Assembly (NCBI GenBank): GCA_043821645.1
Contig: JBDRCO010000068.1
Span: 160,001 to 224,000 of the forward strand
DNA: 64,000 nucleotides
Direction of reading: 5' to 3'
Source of the DNA: Pseudomonadota bacterium
Lineage (GTDB): Bacteria > Myxococcota > JACRCW01 > JAFGSX01
Within the stretch, counting starts at the first letter, position 1. The number at the start of each line of letters is the position of its first letter. Both the position numbers and the translations under genes were made by a program. Shown here in pieces: positions 48,855 through 58,331 of the stretch. The notes under the pieces were generated by a model. That model did no database searches. It was not told the DNA's origin and was given only the letters and a program-made list of their open reading frames with translations.

Positions 48855-49304
48855 ATGGCGCAACGCATTCGTATCGGTTCGAAGCTCACCCTGCTCACCA
48901 GCATCGGCACGCTTGTGCTGCTGGCGGCGGCTTCGATTGGCTGCCTCATCCAGGCCGCCGTGGGCTCGACCGCCGAGACCGGCGACAGGCTGATGATCCT
49001 CGTGGTCGGCCTCTCCTGCGGGGCCGGGCTTGGCTACTTTGCCTGGACCAGCGAACTGGTTGAGTACGTGGACCTGTCGGACTGGGTCACGGTGAAGACC
49101 CTGACCGGCACGCGCAGTCTGCCCTGGGACGAGATCATGGCGCTGCAGCTCGTCACCACGCAGGGACGGAACGGCAAAAATCTGGATTCGTTGCGCGTGC
49201 GCCCCGCTCACGGCAAGCAGGTGAGCCTGTCCATCAGCCCGTACCAGAAGACCGAGATCATCCAGTTCATGAGTCGCACCGGCCGTTCGGACAAGCTCAT
49301 GTAG
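48855..49304 (+). CDS. Hypothetical membrane protein (2 TM plus PH-like tail)
   Basis: Two hydrophobic helices, LPWDEI motif. Confidence 0.6.
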   Translation: MAQRIRIGSKLTLLTSIGTLVLLAAASIGCLIQAAVGSTAETGDRLMILVVGLSCGAGLGYFAWTSELVEYVDLSDWVTVKTLTGTRSLPWDEIMALQLVTTQGRNGKNLDSLRVRPAHGKQVSLSISPYQKTEIIQFMSRTGRSDKLM

Positions 49305-49396
49305 TGCGCCACATCTCCCACCACGCCCCCCCCGCTGCATGGTGACACAGGCTCGCGCTCGCCATGCCACGTCGCCAGTGCAGGCCAGAGGTCCGG

Positions 49397-50263
49397 ATGG
49401 GTTCTCCTCTCTTTCAGCGCAGCGAGCTGCTCATCGGCCACGAGGCGCAGGACCAGCTGTGGCGTACCCGCGTCATTCTCTTTGGACTCGGCGGCGTGGG
49501 CTCCTGGTGTGCCGAGGGGCTGCTGCGCTCGGGTGTGGGACACCTGACCCTGGTCGACTCCGACGTGGTGTGCATCACCAATGTCAACCGCCAGCTGCAG
49601 GCCACGCCTGCGGCCGTCGGCAAGCCCAAGGCTCTGGAGCTGCGGCGCCGCCTGCTCGAGGTCAACCCCGACGCCGAGGTGGTGGCCCGGCAGGAGGTCT
49701 TTGGGCTGGAGACCCGCGACAGCTTCGCCCTCGAGAGCTTCGACTTCATCATCGATGCCGTGGACAGCCTGAGCAACAAGCTCGGTCTCATCGAGGCAGC
49801 GATGCGCAGCGGGCGGGTGCTGTTCACCGCCATGGGGGCCTCGGCCAAGCTGGATCCGACCCGGATCCAGGTGTCGTCGATCTGGAAGACCACCAATTGC
49901 CCCCTGGCCCGCCGCATCCGCAAGCGCCTGCGTCGCCACGGCACCACCGGGGACTGCCTGTGCGTGCACAGCGACGAGTTGCAGCCAAACCATGAGGAGT
50001 CGACCCTGTGCGGGAGCGAGCGCTGCCTGTGTCCACGAACCCTTCGTGACGACGACGGGTCGGCACAGCCCGCCCACGAGTGGTGCAGCAGCAAGAAGCG
50101 CATCAATGGCTCCCTGGTTCACGTCACCGCCACCTTTGGCATGGTGCTGGCGGGGCTGGTGGTGCAGGACGTGGTGCGCAGATGTGCGGGGGCGCGGACA
50201 CCTGCTGCCGTCGACCCAGCGGGCTTTCCGGCCGCAGATGCAGCTGCCGCCGCGAAGAGCTAA
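49397..50263 (+). CDS. tcdA: tRNA threonylcarbamoyladenosine dehydratase (ThiF family)
   Basis: GLGGVGSW, DSDVVCITNVNRQL, MGASAKLDPT, CPLARRIRKRLR, GSLVHVTATFG. Confidence 0.9.
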   Translation: MGSPLFQRSELLIGHEAQDQLWRTRVILFGLGGVGSWCAEGLLRSGVGHLTLVDSDVVCITNVNRQLQATPAAVGKPKALELRRRLLEVNPDAEVVARQEVFGLETRDSFALESFDFIIDAVDSLSNKLGLIEAAMRSGRVLFTAMGASAKLDPTRIQVSSIWKTTNCPLARRIRKRLRRHGTTGDCLCVHSDELQPNHEESTLCGSERCLCPRTLRDDDGSAQPAHEWCSSKKRINGSLVHVTATFGMVLAGLVVQDVVRRCAGARTPAAVDPAGFPAADAAAAAKS

Positions 50264-50273
50264 GCTCCGGGCC

Positions 50274-51665
50274 ATGGAGCCCCGGCTACGCCTCCCCGTC
50301 ACCCTGGCCAGCCTGGCTCTGCCCTGGGCTCTGCTCGCCTGTCCTGCGTCGACACCCCAGATCGGTGCACTCGGTTTCCACTGTGAGAGGGTTGAGGACT
50401 GCACTGTGGGGTATGTCTGCGTCAGTGGGCTTTGCATGGCGGCGGAGACCATCGGATCAGATGCCAGCGTCCCCGATGGTCCCGGGCTCGACAGGAGCCC
50501 TGGCGACAGGTTGCGGGATGCTCGGGTCATCGCAGACAGCGGCGATGACACCGGGATACAGGATCGGGACCAACCGCCAGATCTGGGTCGTATGGACAAC
50601 CCCGGCGTCGCCGACACCCTGCCCCGGGATGTCCCTGGCCTCGACGCAACTCCTGACGATGTACCCGGCCGGGATCAGCCCGCAGTGCTGACCGATGCCA
50701 CGTCCGGGGATGGCCAGGACCTGGAGTCGGGGCCCGCGGACGCGCCCACGACGGATCACCTCCTGGCGGACCTGGTGCGGACCGACGCGCAGGATCTGGA
50801 CGGCGTGGCGCTCGACGCCTCCGAGCTCGATTCCAGCACCGAGGATTCACACGCGCTGCCGGTACCCGTGCTGGACGGCTTCGACGCTGCCACCGGGCAG
50901 GCGCCTGGCAGCATCGTGCTGGACCTGAACTTTCCCGACGACACCAGCGGATTCCTGCTGGTTCAGATCCGCCGGGCTTCCGGCCCGCAAGCACCGGACT
51001 GCAGCAGCGGCGACATCGTGGTGACCCTGAGCCCGGGTGCGTTCAACGACCTGAATGTGCCCGAGGACGGCCTGACCGAACTCGAGACCTACAGTTACCG
51101 GGCATGCGTTTATGATTCCGCTGGAGTCCTTGTATCGACCCGCACAGCCTCGGCCGTAGCCATGGGCTGCTGGTGGGACGGCACGCCAGTCAGCTACTCC
51201 GGCCTGCCGGCGGACATCATCGACGCCTGGGCCGGGCAGTGGCCCATCCCCAATGTGGATCCCCCTCGCCAGATCCTGTCTGGAATCCCCTTCGTGGCGG
51301 GGTCCCGGATCGTGCTCAGCGGATTCAGGGGACAGTCCATCTGCCGCATCTACAGCAACCAGGTGCAGTGCTCCGCGGCCTGCCCCATTGGCTGGAAGCT
51401 CTTCTTCAAGGACGCCACTGGCAACCTGCTGTGGAGCGCGGGCATGATCGAGGATCTGAGCGACTTCGTCGACGGCGTGCGCATCCCGGACGGCGCGGCC
51501 ACAGCCTGGATTGGCTACCGCGAAGCAGGGTGCACCACCGGGACGAACTGCTCGGGCATGGGCGATCCCTACATGGACAACTGCGACAACCGCACGGTCA
51601 ACGGCGACTGTGACCGCTGCGACTTCGAGTTCCGCCACGAGGTCCTGGCCTGCAACGCCCCCTGA
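50274..51665 (+). CDS. Cys-rich lipoprotein with Asp-periodic linker and FN3-like domain
   Basis: LLAC lipobox, CERVEDC..GYVC, D-rich linker, TYSYRACVYD. Confidence 0.7.
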   Translation: MEPRLRLPVTLASLALPWALLACPASTPQIGALGFHCERVEDCTVGYVCVSGLCMAAETIGSDASVPDGPGLDRSPGDRLRDARVIADSGDDTGIQDRDQPPDLGRMDNPGVADTLPRDVPGLDATPDDVPGRDQPAVLTDATSGDGQDLESGPADAPTTDHLLADLVRTDAQDLDGVALDASELDSSTEDSHALPVPVLDGFDAATGQAPGSIVLDLNFPDDTSGFLLVQIRRASGPQAPDCSSGDIVVTLSPGAFNDLNVPEDGLTELETYSYRACVYDSAGVLVSTRTASAVAMGCWWDGTPVSYSGLPADIIDAWAGQWPIPNVDPPRQILSGIPFVAGSRIVLSGFRGQSICRIYSNQVQCSAACPIGWKLFFKDATGNLLWSAGMIEDLSDFVDGVRIPDGAATAWIGYREAGCTTGTNCSGMGDPYMDNCDNRTVNGDCDRCDFEFRHEVLACNAP

Positions 51666-51750
51666 ACCTGGGCGCAGGTCTACAGCTGGGGCTTGGAGTG
51701 GGTGTTCTCGGGCGACGCCGCGTGGGGTTGGTGGCGTCGGCGGGGTGGGT

Positions 51751-53088
51751 TCACCAGCCAAAGAACTCGCGGATGCGCTGGAAGGGACGCCACTCGTCGG
51801 CAGCCTTGGGGTTGTCCTTGATCCAGTCCGTGGGGCGGTTGCGCTGGCCCTCGGGCACCACCAGCGAGCCCACGTAGTCCGCGCTCTTGTAGACCTTGCC
51901 GATGCTGTCGGCGACGTCGACCAGGTCCTGGTCCGACACCACGCCATTAGAGGTGGCCTTGTAGAACTGCACGGTGATGCGGATGGGAAAGCGCGTGTCG
52001 CGCTCGAGCTTGTAGTTCTGCATCTCCTCGAAGGGCCCCAAGTCGTCGCCGTGACCCAGCACGGCCTTCTCCACGTCGGAGCGCATGGCACTCTTGGCCG
52101 ACGGTGCCGGGGCTTCTGCCGCCATCGGGGCCATGTCGTCCATGGCCGCACCCGCGGACGCCTCCATCTCCATGCCCTGCATGTAGCCACGGTTCTCGTG
52201 CTTGAGCGGCACCTGGATGATCATCATCATATCGGCGCCCTCCTCCAGCGCACCCTCGTCACTGGGCTTGGCCTGGCCGCTCTCGATGCGCGCCTTGACG
52301 TCGCTCTTGCGCTCGGCGGTGAACACGGTCTTCTGACCTGCGTTGTTGTAGAACAATTGCTGGCCCCAGCCCTGCGAGCTCTGGTCACCCCCGCGATTGT
52401 CGATGACCGTGGCGCTGGTGCCCTCGCGCGTGGCGAGCAAGGTGAGCATCGCCGGGTTGCCGGGCGCAGACTGGTAGTTGAACAGCACGGGGTTGAACTC
52501 GGCCTTGCCACTCTTGGGGATGGGCAGGAACACGTGCTGGGCGCTGACCAGGAAGTGCGAGTCCTTGTCCGCCATGAAGTTGCCATTGCCCTGCAGGGTG
52601 TCGGCGTGGCTCAGGTACTCCTTGAGGTTGGACAGCACTTCCTTGAGGGGGACGGCCACGGGCTTGCCGCCCTTTTGCTGGTTGCCGACGCGAATCCACA
52701 GCTTGTCGACGGGGATATCGCCGGTCTTGTCCTCGAAGTTGGGGTAGCGGATGACCGGCAAAAGGTGGGTTTGCCAGCTGTTGTTGCCAAGGTTCTCGCG
52801 CACCTGCAGGGTCAGGTCGCTGATGTTGGGACCCACCGACGAGCCGCCGGCACGCCCCGTGTCTTCCCACATCACGTTGACCACGTTGAAGCCATGGCTC
52901 TGGGCGCGCTGCTGCAGGTCACCGTCCGACGGCATGCTGACGACCTGCTGGATGACCTCGCCAAAGCTCTTCTCGCGGATGCCCCATCCTGTCTCCGCAT
53001 GACTCCTGGGGGCCACAAGGGCCAGGGTCAATCCCCCCAGGACCAGTGCCCGCTGCCCGTACCGACGATGTGCTTGCTCTCGTGTCAT
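51751..53088 (-). CDS. Exported protein of unknown function
   Basis: Signal peptide, strong genome-like codon bias, GGAGG RBS; motif-like blocks WEDTGR..GPNISDLTL and FNYQS. Confidence 0.8.
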   Translation of the reverse strand: MTREQAHRRYGQRALVLGGLTLALVAPRSHAETGWGIREKSFGEVIQQVVSMPSDGDLQQRAQSHGFNVVNVMWEDTGRAGGSSVGPNISDLTLQVRENLGNNSWQTHLLPVIRYPNFEDKTGDIPVDKLWIRVGNQQKGGKPVAVPLKEVLSNLKEYLSHADTLQGNGNFMADKDSHFLVSAQHVFLPIPKSGKAEFNPVLFNYQSAPGNPAMLTLLATREGTSATVIDNRGGDQSSQGWGQQLFYNNAGQKTVFTAERKSDVKARIESGQAKPSDEGALEEGADMMMIIQVPLKHENRGYMQGMEMEASAGAAMDDMAPMAAEAPAPSAKSAMRSDVEKAVLGHGDDLGPFEEMQNYKLERDTRFPIRITVQFYKATSNGVVSDQDLVDVADSIGKVYKSADYVGSLVVPEGQRNRPTDWIKDNPKAADEWRPFQRIREFFGW

Positions 53089-53245
53089 GGTGTCCCTCCG
53101 TTGCGACCCTTCCCTGCAACGCATCAGGCCGCGCAGGGATCCGAAGCGTGCGTCGGATCACGCGGGCGCGCAAGCCGGGGCCACCTGTCAGCGGGTGGTG
53201 ACAACCCACCGACCCGTGATTGAATCGCCGCCACAGGAGGTGATG

Positions 53246-54241
53246 ATGGCCATCCGGATGGGCTACTGGGACTGCCAGCACTGCAAGCATTCCAGGATCG
53301 AGGGACCGCAGCGGCAGTGCCCGCAGTGCGGTCGGCCCCGGGACGATGGCGTGCAGTTTTACACCACCGACGACGCTCCCGAGATCGATGATCCGTCCCT
53401 GTTGCAGCACGCGCGCGCCGGTGCGGACTGGCACTGCCCCTTCTGTGACACCGACAACCCGGCGGGGCAGCTTTCCTGCCTGAGCTGTGGAGGCTCCGAT
53501 CCCAGCGCCAAGAAGCGCGAGCAGCGCATCATCCTCGATGAACCCGCATCTCCGGTGTCCTCGCCGTCTCCACAGCGAGCAGCCGTCCCTGGCGCCGCGA
53601 ACTCGAAGAAGAGCGGCAAGGGAGGGCTGTTCATCATCCTCGCCGTGCTGGCGCTGGTGGGTCTCGGTATCTGGTTCCTGTTCCTGCGCACCAAGCCACT
53701 CACCGTCACTGTCGAGAAAGCGACCTGGATCAAGACCCTGGTGGTGGAGCGCCAGGAAACCAGGACCGAGTCCAAGTGGGCCGACGAGCTACCCTCGGGG
53801 GCACGCGAGGTCAGGCGCGAGATGCGCGGCCGTGACCGCAAGGTCCAGGACGGCACCGAGCGCGTCAAGGTGGGCAAGAAGGACCTGGGCAATGGCCTGT
53901 TCGAGGACGTGTACGAGGACAGGCCGAAGACCGTGACCCGCAAGGTCGATGAGCCCTGGGTCACCTTCGAGATCGAGCGCTGGGTGCAAGACCAGACCCT
54001 GAAGGAGCAGCGGGAAGACGGCAGCGAGCCACCCGCCCCGAGCTTCACAGCCGCGCCACGACGGCGTGCCGGAGCCCGCGAAAGCTATGTCTCCCTCGAG
54101 CTCGCGGGAGACAAGAAGCACTACACGTACCGCGTCGATGTCAAAGATGCGGCGAGCCAGCAGCGCGCCCTGGGCTACAAGGTCGGGCACAAGGTCACGG
54201 CGATGATCAATGCAGTGGGCGGTGTTCGCGAACTGAAGTAG
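53246..54241 (+). CDS. Double zinc-finger (RanBP2-like) single-TM protein
   Basis: WDCQHC..CPQCG and WHCPFC..N..CLSCG, TM helix; AGGAGGT RBS. Confidence 0.78.
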   Translation: MAIRMGYWDCQHCKHSRIEGPQRQCPQCGRPRDDGVQFYTTDDAPEIDDPSLLQHARAGADWHCPFCDTDNPAGQLSCLSCGGSDPSAKKREQRIILDEPASPVSSPSPQRAAVPGAANSKKSGKGGLFIILAVLALVGLGIWFLFLRTKPLTVTVEKATWIKTLVVERQETRTESKWADELPSGAREVRREMRGRDRKVQDGTERVKVGKKDLGNGLFEDVYEDRPKTVTRKVDEPWVTFEIERWVQDQTLKEQREDGSEPPAPSFTAAPRRRAGARESYVSLELAGDKKHYTYRVDVKDAASQQRALGYKVGHKVTAMINAVGGVRELK

Positions 54242-54254
54242 CCAGCGGTCTGCG

Positions 54255-55136
54255 TCAGCGAACGATGTCGCCGCTGTGTACGTCCCAGACGTAGAAACCC
54301 CGCCCAGTTTTTCTACCGAGTTCACCCGCAGCTACCTTGTCGCGCAGGATCTGCGGCGGCTGGTACTGCTCTCCGCCGATCTCCCGGGCCAGGATCTCGG
54401 CGATGGCCAGGCGCACATCAAGCCCGACGTGGTCGGTGAGCTTGAGCGGACCCATGGGGTGCCGGTAGCCAAGCTCGAGGGCCTTGTCGATGTCCTCGGC
54501 CGAGGCCACGCCCTGCTCCACCATGCGCATGGCCTCGAGTCCCAGCACGATCCCCAGACGGCTCGACGCGAAGCCAGGCGTGTCCCTGACCACGATGGGG
54601 TCCTTGCCCAGACCCCGGGCCACGGACAGCGCGAAGTCCCGCGTCGTCGCTGGCGTGCTCGGGGCCACCACCACCTCCACCAGTTGCATGGCATGCGCCG
54701 GGTTGAAGAAATGCATGCCCACGACGCGCTCGGGGTGCTCGAGGCCCTGCGCCAGCGCCTGGATGGACAGCGAGGAGGTGTCGCTGGCCAGCACGGCGCG
54801 TCCAGCCGCCTCGCGCTCGAGCTTGCGGAACAGACGCTGCTTGATGGCCAGGTCTTCGACCACCGACTCGATCACCAGGTCCACGTCCGCGCAGGCCTCG
54901 CACATGGACGGGACCACGTGGACCCGTGCCAAAGTGGCGTCTCGGTCCGCGGCGCTGAGCTTTGCCCTCGCCACACTGCTCTCGAAGAACTGGGCGATGC
55001 GCTGTGGCGCCTGGGCAAAGGATGCTTCGTGGTAGGTGGTCAGCCACACCTCGTGGCCTCGGGCGGCGGCCAGCTGGGTGATACCCCGGCCCATGGTGCC
55101 CGCGCCGATGACGGCGATCTTGAGCTGCTGTTCCAT
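54255..55136 (-). CDS. 3-hydroxyacyl/3-hydroxybutyryl-CoA dehydrogenase
   Basis: VIGAGTMGRGI, IESVVE, DTSSLSI, GMHFFNP, HPMGPL, LGRKTGRGFY. Confidence 0.93.
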   Translation of the reverse strand: MEQQLKIAVIGAGTMGRGITQLAAARGHEVWLTTYHEASFAQAPQRIAQFFESSVARAKLSAADRDATLARVHVVPSMCEACADVDLVIESVVEDLAIKQRLFRKLEREAAGRAVLASDTSSLSIQALAQGLEHPERVVGMHFFNPAHAMQLVEVVVAPSTPATTRDFALSVARGLGKDPIVVRDTPGFASSRLGIVLGLEAMRMVEQGVASAEDIDKALELGYRHPMGPLKLTDHVGLDVRLAIAEILAREIGGEQYQPPQILRDKVAAGELGRKTGRGFYVWDVHSGDIVR

Positions 55137-55191
55137 GTGACGACGTTCTCCGCCGCCCCCGACGAACCAGAACAGGCGAGCGGGACTTCGC

Positions 55192-55767
55192 TCAGTAGTT
55201 GCTGTCCTTGAGTTCGAAGTACTCCTGGCTGTGCAGGCAGGCCGGGCACTTGCCAGGAGCCTCGTTGCCGTCATGGACGTAGCCGCAGTTGCGACATTTC
55301 CATTCGGCCTTCTCGCTCTTCTTGAACACGCTGCCGGCCTCGACGTTGGCGAGGAGCTTGTTGTAGCGATCCTCGTGCGCCTTCTCGACCTTGGCGATCA
55401 TGGTGAAGGCCGCGGCGACCTCGCCGAAGCCTTCCTTCTTGGCCACCTCGGCGAAGGCCGGGTACAGATCGGTCCACTCCTCGTGCTCGCCCGCAGCTGC
55501 AGCCTGGAGGTTCTCGGCCGTGGTGCCGATCTTGCCAGCGGGGTAGGTCGCGGTGATCTCGGTGCCGCCACCCTCGAGGAACTTGAAGAAGCGCTTGGCG
55601 TGCTCCTTCTCGTTGTCGGCGGTCTCCTCGAACAAGGCCGCGATCTGAAGGTAGCCTTCCTTGCGCGCCACGCCGGCCGCGTAGGTGTAGCGATTGCGAG
55701 CCTGGCTCTCGCCGGCAAAGGCCTTGAGCAAGTTCTTCTCGGTCTCGGTTCCCTTGATCGATGCCAT
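55192..55767 (-). CDS. rbr: Rubrerythrin
   Basis: AFAGESQARNRY, EKEHA, GEHEE..LYP, EKAH; C-terminal CRNCGY..CPAC. Confidence 0.96.
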   Translation of the reverse strand: MASIKGTETEKNLLKAFAGESQARNRYTYAAGVARKEGYLQIAALFEETADNEKEHAKRFFKFLEGGGTEITATYPAGKIGTTAENLQAAAAGEHEEWTDLYPAFAEVAKKEGFGEVAAAFTMIAKVEKAHEDRYNKLLANVEAGSVFKKSEKAEWKCRNCGYVHDGNEAPGKCPACLHSQEYFELKDSNY

Positions 55768-55825
55768 GCGGTCCTCCTTGCTGTTCGTCACGTGGTGGCG
55801 CGTGCAGCCACGACACCGCTCGTGT

Positions 55826-57337
55826 TCAGTCCTTGACGCCACTGCACAGAGTCAGGAGCTCCGGCACGCGCGAGGTCAGCGCGCCCAGCTCGCGGATCTG
55901 GGTCCCCTTCTCTATCGCGTCCTGGATGGCACGTGCCATGTCCGTGTCACCGAACAGGTTGGCACCCACCAGGGCGCCATCGCGACACACCAGGCGCAGG
56001 TAATCCGAGCCCTCGTCGCGCTCGAACACCTGGTACGAACCGTCCGGAGGGGTGAAGGCACCGATGCTGAACAGGCCCACGTCCAGCACCTTGAGCCGGG
56101 CCGACATGGGCACTGCCTTGTAGTGCAGCTCCGCGCCGGCGGCATTGGCGCCCGCGACCGCGCCCTGGGCGTAGGCCATGGGCCACAGCCCGGCGACCAG
56201 ACCCGCGTGCTCGGCCACGTCGCCCGCGGCAAAGATGTCCGGATCCGAGCTGCGCATGGCGTCGTCGACCACGATGCCATTGTGCACGGCCAGCCCGGCC
56301 TGGCGGGCCAGGTAGCTGTTGGGACGAACCCCCGCCGCCAGCACCACACGGTCGCAGTCCACGACCTCACCGTCGCCCAGGCGCACGCCGTGGGCGGCCT
56401 CGTCGCCGACGATCTCCTCGACCTTGGCTCCGCAGCGCACGGCCAGACCCTGGCCCTCGAGATAGCGGCGCAGGTGCACGCCCGCGGGCTCGGCGAGCTG
56501 TCGCGGCAGCAGCCAGCCGAAGCCCTCGAGCACCTGCACCCTGGCGCCCTGCTTGTTGAGGGCACCCGCGATCTCCAGCCCCAGCAGCCCGCCGCCGATG
56601 ACCACCAGTCGGCTGCCCCGGCTCACCGCTGCCAGTAGTTGCCGGGCATCCGCCAGGCTGCGACAAACCTGCACACCCTGGCGCGAGGCACCAGAGATGG
56701 GAGGCACGAAGGCATGCGCGCCCGAGGCGACGATCAGGCTGTCGTACGGATGCACGGTGCCGTCGCTGAGTACCAGTTCCCGGGTGGCGCGCTCGATGCG
56801 GCGGACCTCGCCCACCTGTCGCAGGATGCGGGTGCGGTTGTACCAGTCCTCGGGCTTGAGGCGCAGGGTCGGCTCGTCCACCTCTCCTGCAAGGTAGCGG
56901 GTCAGGTTGATGCGGTAATAGGGCGCGTCGGGTTCCTTGCCCAGCAAGGTGATGACAGCACCCTCATCTGCGCGGCGCGCAGCCTCGGCCGCGGTCACCC
57001 CGGCAACACCGGATCCGATCACCAGGATGCGCCTGTGCGCCGGGGCCTTGGCCACCGGCACATCCGCGACGGGCTCGAACATCTCGGCGCCGACGTGGCA
57101 CACGGGACAGTGCGGAGGAGCGGTCGGTCCCTCGTGAATGTGGCCGCACAGCTGGCAGCGCCAGAGCGCCGCAGGGGCGGTCGCGGGTGTGGTCGTCAGC
57201 ACGGGTGCCGGGCTCGCCACCTCGAAGGGCGAGAACAACTCGGGCCCGACACCGCAAACCGGACACTGGGCCGGGGGGGCCTCGCCCTCGTGGATGTAGC
57301 CGCAGACGTCGCACTTGAAGGTACTTGGTGCTGCCAT
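55826..57337 (-). CDS. FAD/NADH oxidoreductase with two N-terminal rubredoxin-like domains
   Basis: CDVCGY..CPVC and CQLCGH..CPVC; IGSGVAG, IGGGLLGLE, IFAAGDVAE. Confidence 0.9.
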   Translation of the reverse strand: MAAPSTFKCDVCGYIHEGEAPPAQCPVCGVGPELFSPFEVASPAPVLTTTPATAPAALWRCQLCGHIHEGPTAPPHCPVCHVGAEMFEPVADVPVAKAPAHRRILVIGSGVAGVTAAEAARRADEGAVITLLGKEPDAPYYRINLTRYLAGEVDEPTLRLKPEDWYNRTRILRQVGEVRRIERATRELVLSDGTVHPYDSLIVASGAHAFVPPISGASRQGVQVCRSLADARQLLAAVSRGSRLVVIGGGLLGLEIAGALNKQGARVQVLEGFGWLLPRQLAEPAGVHLRRYLEGQGLAVRCGAKVEEIVGDEAAHGVRLGDGEVVDCDRVVLAAGVRPNSYLARQAGLAVHNGIVVDDAMRSSDPDIFAAGDVAEHAGLVAGLWPMAYAQGAVAGANAAGAELHYKAVPMSARLKVLDVGLFSIGAFTPPDGSYQVFERDEGSDYLRLVCRDGALVGANLFGDTDMARAIQDAIEKGTQIRELGALTSRVPELLTLCSGVKD

Positions 57338-57456
57338 GGTCCCCTCTCCTCCTGAATGCGGCACCATAGCGAGCCACGACGATCAGGTCACCGCTCAAAT
57401 GCCCGCCCGCTCACCGGTCGTGGTCAGCAACCGGGAGCTGTGGCAGCATGCCCGAC

Positions 57457-58284
57457 ATGGCGGAGCGGGATCCCAGGACAGGCATGGCGCAGTGGCGTAC
57501 GAAGCTCTACGACGTCATCTTCGAGGCCGATACGCCCATGGGCAAGGGCTTCGATATCGTGCTGCTGGTGGCCATCGTCGCAAGCATCCTGGTCGTGGTC
57601 CTGGACAGCGTGCAGAGCTACAGGGCAGCGTTCGGCGAACAGTTCCGCTACCTCGAATGGTTCTTCACGGCCCTGTTCACCGTGGAGTACGGGTTGCGAC
57701 TGCTCAGTGCTCCGCGACCACTTCGCTATGCTCGCAGCTTCTTCGGTGTCATCGACCTGCTCGCCGTGTTGCCGACCTACCTGAGCCTGTTCTTCGTGGG
57801 TTCGCACTACATGATGGTGGTGCGCTCGCTGCGCCTGGTGCGGGTTTTCCGGGTCTTCAAGCTGGGCCAGTACGTGGGCCAGGCGCGCGTTCTGGGCCAG
57901 GCCCTGCGCCAGAGTCGTCACAAGATCACGGTCTTCGTCGTCACCGTGCTGACAGTGGTAATCATCGTGGCCGCGCTGATGTACGTCATCGAGGGACCCG
58001 AGAGTGGTTTCGACAACCTGCCGCGCGCCATGTACTGGGCCATCGTGACCCTGACCACAGTGGGCTACGGGGACATCGCGCCACGCACTGCCCTGGGCCA
58101 GCTCCTGGCTTCGGTGGTCATGTTTCTGGGCTACGCCATCATCGCCGTGCCTACGGGCATCGTCTCCGTCGAGCTCGCAAACGCCCAGAAGAGTGTGGAG
58201 GCGCGAACCTGTGGTCAGTGCATGAAAGAGGGTCACGATCAGGACGCCGAGCACTGCAAGTACTGCGGTGCGCGCCTTCCCTGA
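57457..58284 (+). CDS. Voltage-gated potassium channel (ion transporter)
   Basis: S4 RSLRLVRVFRVFKL and selectivity filter TTVGYGD. Confidence 0.93.
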   Translation: MAERDPRTGMAQWRTKLYDVIFEADTPMGKGFDIVLLVAIVASILVVVLDSVQSYRAAFGEQFRYLEWFFTALFTVEYGLRLLSAPRPLRYARSFFGVIDLLAVLPTYLSLFFVGSHYMMVVRSLRLVRVFRVFKLGQYVGQARVLGQALRQSRHKITVFVVTVLTVVIIVAALMYVIEGPESGFDNLPRAMYWAIVTLTTVGYGDIAPRTALGQLLASVVMFLGYAIIAVPTGIVSVELANAQKSVEARTCGQCMKEGHDQDAEHCKYCGARLP

Positions 58285-58331
58285 AAGCGCGCTGGCCGAC
58301 ACCAGCCCAGCGCCGGAACACCGAGGAGAAC

